Notes under the pieces: model-generated
Told to the model about the DNA's origin: nothing
What the model saw: only the letters and a program-made list of their open reading frames with translations
Databases searched by the model: none
IMG/VR virus record: IMGVR_UViG_3300027763_000034
Location: 32,001-96,000 of that record
Reading direction: 5' to 3' (one strand)
Source: a virus
Length of the DNA stretch: 64,000 nt
Program-made: the position numbers and the translations under genes
Part shown: piece by piece, positions 59,571-64,000 of the stretch
Layout: the number at the start of each line of letters is the position of its first letter
How positions within the stretch are numbered: position 1 is the stretch's first letter

Positions 59571-62257
59571 GGTTTTCTTCTCCTTATTCTTGGGTCTCCA
59601 CCGCCTGGACCTCCACTGGAACCTCCACCACTATGTGATGGGGTTGTTCCTCCTGCGGTTCTTGCTGCTGACGCTGCTGCTCCTGTTACTGATACAGCAT
59701 TTAATGCTGCTCCTGTTGCAACAACTGTTGCTACAACCATTTTGGTTGCCTCTTCTCTTTCATCTTCTGTCATATCCGCACCGATACTTCCCAGTGCTTC
59801 TAAAGCCGCTCCAGGGTCACTGAATAGCTCTTGTGCAAATGCCGCTACGTCTGTAACCAATTCTACATTTGCAGCAACCTCTGCTGTAATAACAACCTCT
59901 TGACCTGTTTCAGATGTTCTAACCTCAACTGGAGTCTCTGGTGGTAAATCTGCTAATTTAATTCCAGCATCTGCCACTTGTTCTTTTGTAAGATTTTCAC
60001 CTTCTGGAACTGATTGTATTAATGCATCCGCAACAATTTCTTTTTCTGCTGCAGACAACTTGCCATCTGAGTTGGCCAATGCAACAATTGCTGCAACATC
60101 TTCTTTTGAAACTTCACCATCTGACGCAAGTGCTTCTAGTACTGCTACTTGATCTGCAGTAGAAACTTTTCCATCCGCTGCTAATGCATCAATTAATTGA
60201 TCAGTTTCTTTTGCATCAATTTCACCATCTGCTGCCATTGACTCTGCAATTGCTTCAACTTCTGTACTATCAATTTTACCATCTAATAATGCATCATCAA
60301 CTGTATTAGTTACATCTTCTTCTGATCCCGCCTCTGGCTCAACCGCTGGTGGCTCTTCTGCAGGTGGCTCTTCTGCAGGTGGCTCTACTACAGGTGGCTC
60401 TTCTGCAGGTGGCTCTTCTGCAGGTGGCTCTACTACAGGTGGCTCTTCTGCAGGTGGCTCTACTACAGGTGGCTCTTCTGCAGGTGGCTCTTCTGCAGGT
60501 GGCTCTTCTGCAGGTGGCTCTACTACAGGTGGCTCTACTACAGGTGGCTCTACTACAGGTGGCTCTACTACAGGTGGTTGGACAACTGGTGGTTCCACTA
60601 CAGGTGGTTGGACAACTGGTGGTTCAACTGGTGTTGGTGGAGTAGGAGCTGGTGCGGGTGTAGGTGGAGCTGGTGCAGGAACTGCATTAATTACTGTTTG
60701 CGCTTCTGCAATGATTGTAGGTGCAGTATTTACTTTTTCTACAGCTGTAGAAACAATTGCAAGGTCTGCTACTTTTGTAGCTAATGTTGTGTTTGCTGTT
60801 GCTAATGCAGTCACAGTGTTTGCAGAAACAGTAGCGATTACAGGAATTGCTGCTGCTGCTGTTGTATTTGCTGTATTTGCTGCAACAACTGTTGTGATGG
60901 CTGAATTTAATGTAGCAATTTGCGTATTAGCTGTTTCAATTGCTGCTTGTATTGTTTCCGTATTTGGATCTGCAATAGGAGTAAACGGTGCACCCTGACT
61001 AATAGTTCCATTAAATCCAGGTCCAGAATTTGTATCAGTAATAGCAGTTATTGCTCCGCCAGTTGTCTCTCTTACATTAAATCTAGCACCATTTGGTATA
61101 GGACCAGTAACACTGACATCTGCTGCCCATGCGCCATTAGCTGGATTTACATCTGCGTTAAACCTAACCTGAGTCATCTGTGTTGCGGCGGTAGTAAGAG
61201 GATATACTCTAAGGTCCCAAGCAATATTTAAGGTATTGGTAGTTGTTGAATAAGTTACTCCAGATCCATTGCTCCATGTAGTCCAATCATACCCTGCTAT
61301 AGAAATGGAAGGGGCGTTGGGAGTAGAGTAATAGTTTTGTCCCTCATTAACACCAAAAGTAATAGTAGCATTTGAGCTTACATAAACATTGTTATATGTA
61401 ACCCCGCCCATTTGTAAATTAAATGGAAGGTTCATTCTAATTCCAGCATCGTCTGTATTTGCTAGTACATTTGTTGTTGTTCCAATTGTTGCTGCCAAGG
61501 CATTGACTGCTTCTTGAGCGTTATTAATTGCAACATTTGCTTGAGTTAATTGTGTTTGTGCCTCTGTCCTTGCAGGAGTTACTGCTGCCACCGCAGTAGT
61601 TGCCGTTGCAATTGTAGCTGTGGATGTATCTATTGCTGTTTGTGCTGCTTGAATTAAAGTTGTTGCAGTCTCTGATTGTGCAACTTCTACTGCAATTGCC
61701 GTAGCTAATTGAGCAACCGTGGTTGGCGTTTCTGTCATTAAAGGGGTTGCTGTTGCTATAACTGTTGTAGTTGCAGACTCAACAACAGGCACGGCTGCTG
61801 TAACTGCTGCCTGTGCTGTAGCAACCTCTGGTGTTTGAGTTGTAGAGCTTATTGGGATTGCCGCTACTGCCCGTGTAACAGCCGTTACGGTTGATGTAAC
61901 TGCTTGTGTAACCGCAGTTGCTGTTTCCACTGCCGTAGATACATTTGATACTTCCGCCACCGCAGTAGTGGCTGCAGTTACTGCAGTAGTTGCTGCAGCT
62001 ACGGCTGTGTTAGATGTATTTACTGCCTGTACTGCAGTCGCAATAGTTACTGTTGCTGTATCTGAGGCTTGTGCTGCTTGGGCTACTTCTGTGGTTGCTG
62101 TTGCAAGCGCTGTATTAACTGCAGCCTGTGCAGGGCTTACTACAACTTGTTCGGCGGGTGCTGGAACTTCATCACCGTAAGCAACACTTGGCCCGAAAAG
62201 AAAAAGCCAGCCCACAATAAACAGGCTGGTTAAAAAGTATTGAATCTTTCTAGTCAA
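59567..62257 (-). CDS. Large exported protein: Ala/Thr coil, NIDO-like domain, EPP repeat stalk, DG-repeat domain, C-terminal anchor
   Basis: Signal peptide; LPF..MGG..YNNVYVSSNATITF; (VV/AE)EPP repeats; DGKIDSTE-like repeats; basic tail. Confidence 0.7.
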   Translation of the reverse strand: MTRKIQYFLTSLFIVGWLFLFGPSVAYGDEVPAPAEQVVVSPAQAAVNTALATATTEVAQAAQASDTATVTIATAVQAVNTSNTAVAAATTAVTAATTAVAEVSNVSTAVETATAVTQAVTSTVTAVTRAVAAIPISSTTQTPEVATAQAAVTAAVPVVESATTTVIATATPLMTETPTTVAQLATAIAVEVAQSETATTLIQAAQTAIDTSTATIATATTAVAAVTPARTEAQTQLTQANVAINNAQEAVNALAATIGTTTNVLANTDDAGIRMNLPFNLQMGGVTYNNVYVSSNATITFGVNEGQNYYSTPNAPSISIAGYDWTTWSNGSGVTYSTTTNTLNIAWDLRVYPLTTAATQMTQVRFNADVNPANGAWAADVSVTGPIPNGARFNVRETTGGAITAITDTNSGPGFNGTISQGAPFTPIADPNTETIQAAIETANTQIATLNSAITTVVAANTANTTAAAAIPVIATVSANTVTALATANTTLATKVADLAIVSTAVEKVNTAPTIIAEAQTVINAVPAPAPPTPAPAPTPPTPVEPPVVQPPVVEPPVVQPPVVEPPVVEPPVVEPPVVEPPAEEPPAEEPPAEEPPVVEPPAEEPPVVEPPAEEPPAEEPPVVEPPAEEPPAEEPPAVEPEAGSEEDVTNTVDDALLDGKIDSTEVEAIAESMAADGEIDAKETDQLIDALAADGKVSTADQVAVLEALASDGEVSKEDVAAIVALANSDGKLSAAEKEIVADALIQSVPEGENLTKEQVADAGIKLADLPPETPVEVRTSETGQEVVITAEVAANVELVTDVAAFAQELFSDPGAALEALGSIGADMTEDEREEATKMVVATVVATGAALNAVSVTGAAASAARTAGGTTPSHSGGGSSGGPGGGDPRIRRRKP
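60343..60630 (-). repeat. 15-bp tandem repeat encoding (VV/AE)EPP
   Basis: caggtggctcttctg / caggtggctctacta units. Confidence 0.92.
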
Positions 62258-62324
62258 CTAAGGCTCTCCAAAGTAAAACAATATTTTTGTTTACTTAGTA
62301 ATTATAGCAGAATGTTAGTTTAAA

Positions 62325-62513
62325 CTACTTAGGATTATCTGTTTTGTAAAATCCATTACCTTTAAACTGTATGCCAAACGGAGTAAAGTGTCTGGTCATT
62401 TGTGATTCACATTCAACACAAGTGTAACCAGGATCTGCATCCATGATTGATCTATGCGTTGACATTGTTGGATGTGCATCATCATATGAGCACTTGTATT
62501 CGTATACTGGCAT
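62325..62513 (-). CDS. FmdB family zinc-ribbon protein
   Basis: MPVYEYKC...C..C...FKG.GFY.TD. Confidence 0.85.
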   Translation of the reverse strand: MPVYEYKCSYDDAHPTMSTHRSIMDADPGYTCVECESQMTRHFTPFGIQFKGNGFYKTDNPK

Positions 62514-62532
62514 ATCTATCCTTTAAGTTTGA

Positions 62533-62559
62533 TGAGCCTTTTCATGACTTGCTCAGGTC
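62533..62559 (-). ncRNA. H-type pseudoknot motif, copy 3
   Basis: GAC-CTGAGCAA-GTC-atgaaaag-GCTCA. Confidence 0.55.
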
Positions 62560-62581
62560 TCCTTCGGTAGCGAACCAAAGA

Positions 62582-63001
62582 CTATTTGATCTTAATGACC
62601 TTTGGCTTCTTTTCTTCTGGAATGATTCTATCTACATTAATATGTAGCATTCCGTCTTCAATTGAAGCTCCAGTTACTTCCATATATTCACCTAGTCCAA
62701 ATGTTCTGGTGAACTTACGTGCAGCGATACCCTTATGTAGGTACTCCCCGTCTGTAACCTCTTTAATTTCACCCTTAACAATAAGTGTTCCGTTATCTAC
62801 TGAAACATCAATATCGCTTCTTGTGAATCCTGCTACTGCAATTGATACCTGATAGGTATCTTCGTCTATCTTTAATACATCGTATGGTGGGTATGTCTGG
62901 CGTGTTGCAGCCTGATGGACATGTGCCATTCTTTCCATTTCACGATTAAAGCCAATAAAAAAGGGATCTGTGAAGATAGATCCCATGAGTGTATTTACCA
63001 T
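62582..63001 (-). CDS. Small heat-shock protein (Hsp20/IbpA-like)
   Basis: YPPYD, AVAGF, YLHKGIAARKFTR.F.L, DGML; start ATG 63001 with AGGAG SD. Confidence 0.9.
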   Translation of the reverse strand: MVNTLMGSIFTDPFFIGFNREMERMAHVHQAATRQTYPPYDVLKIDEDTYQVSIAVAGFTRSDIDVSVDNGTLIVKGEIKEVTDGEYLHKGIAARKFTRTFGLGEYMEVTGASIEDGMLHINVDRIIPEEKKPKVIKIK

Positions 63002-63130
63002 TTTTGCTCCTTTTAAGCGAGTTAGTTTAGCATCCCCATAAGGCGGATGTAAAATAATTATAGCATATTTAATACTAGATTTCCAGCCTGTGCCATGACT
63101 AATAAACATGAAAATGCTACAATCTATAGT

Positions 63131-63775
63131 ATGAAATCATTTTATCATTTGCATGTCAGCAGGACTAATGGAAGGTTTTTGTTTAAGTACGTACTTAAAG
63201 ATCTTATTAAGTATTCAAAAACACAAGAAATAGATTTTCTTTGGCCAGAAGTTATTCCAGATTATTGGACACACCATGGTTGGAATAATCTGATATCTGA
63301 TGACACATACATAATATGTGCACTGAGGGATCCAGTGGAAGCAATAATAAGTTATAACCTATCATTTAGTGCAATTGTAGACAAAGAAGATTTCTTTAAT
63401 AGAATAGACCTAGTTACCAACATTCAGTCTAGAAGCTTTATAGAGTGGACAAACAATAAAATTGATCCACATAAAGATGTTGAATTAGATAGAAATCTAA
63501 TACTATCAAGACTTAACAGAGTAGACATGTTGATAGACTCAAAAGATATTAATATAAATACATACAACAAAATAAAGAAAAAAATTGCTAGTGATCTAGG
63601 TTTTAATGATCTTCAATATTTTGATAATCTAGAGGATACAAACGATTTTAGGTCTAATAAGGTTAAAGAATTTTATGACTCTTTAAATGCAGAAGAAATA
63701 AATAAAATCAAAGAGGCTAACTATATGGATGTAGAGCTATATGAAGCTGCTAGGAGTCTTTTCTTCCCCATCTAA
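63131..63775 (+). CDS. Sulfotransferase-like protein
   Basis: HLHVSRTNG, LRDPVE..IS, N.MD.ELY; leaderless start. Confidence 0.6.
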   Translation: MKSFYHLHVSRTNGRFLFKYVLKDLIKYSKTQEIDFLWPEVIPDYWTHHGWNNLISDDTYIICALRDPVEAIISYNLSFSAIVDKEDFFNRIDLVTNIQSRSFIEWTNNKIDPHKDVELDRNLILSRLNRVDMLIDSKDININTYNKIKKKIASDLGFNDLQYFDNLEDTNDFRSNKVKEFYDSLNAEEINKIKEANYMDVELYEAARSLFFPI

Positions 63776-63959
63776 CCCTATTCCACCCACGCTCATGGAA
63801 ATAATAAAGGATAGTTTTTGTTAGTACCTCAAACCCTGCAATTGATGCAGCAGTAATTGCTTTGTGTGTTATAAAATATGATAGTACAAAGGTATCCGCA
63901 GTTCCAATTATGCGCCAAGTTATTGCTTTTAACGCAGATCTTTGCTTAGTTACTTTCAT
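63750..63959 (-). CDS. DUF2061 membrane protein
   Basis: RS..KAITWR..GT.DT...YYFHER.W. Confidence 0.8.
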   Translation of the reverse strand: MKVTKQRSALKAITWRIIGTADTFVLSYFITHKAITAASIAGFEVLTKTILYYFHERGWNRVRWGRKDS

Positions 63960-64000
63960 CTTTATCCTTAAAGTAGAGTCTTGCTTCTTTGTCTGCTAAA

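Noticed and set aside
63002-63050. Hairpin in the hsp20 leader as an RNA thermometer
   Set aside because: The hairpin does not cover the SD; support is insufficient.

Overview
This is a 64-kb segment of a large, AT-rich tailed dsDNA phage, most likely infecting low-GC freshwater Actinobacteria. Host evidence: WhiB, an Lsr2-like DNA-binding peptide, leaderless extended -10 promoters and actinobacterial operator motifs. 1-21.6 kb (minus strand) holds tail-fibre and virion accessory genes. These include an Fn3-(FFAPPG)10-Hint precursor directly followed by a sulfotransferase and six Fe/2OG hydroxylases. 21.6-30.2 kb holds a class II ribonucleotide reductase, a lytic transglycosylase, more modifying enzymes and tRNA-Ile(UAU). 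30.4-42.3 kb (plus strand) is an array of small early-type genes with an unusually dense regulatory design: 15 copies of TGTCRG-N10-TAnnnT (matching the actinobacterial PafBC/RecA-NDp DNA-damage promoter), a shared AACGAAAG ribosome-binding leader, a candidate sRNA antisense to that leader, and CRP-like, DnaA-box and GACAC sites. It also has a rigidly spaced GGG-N13-TTACG-N15-CCCTGRAA element. 42.3-42.8 kb is a candidate origin. 43-64 kb (mostly minus) holds a second oxygenase/peroxidase cluster, secreted proteins, thioredoxin, S8 and proteasome-type proteases, WhiB, Hsp20 and tRNAs. All family assignments come from motif recognition by eye; no searches were run.
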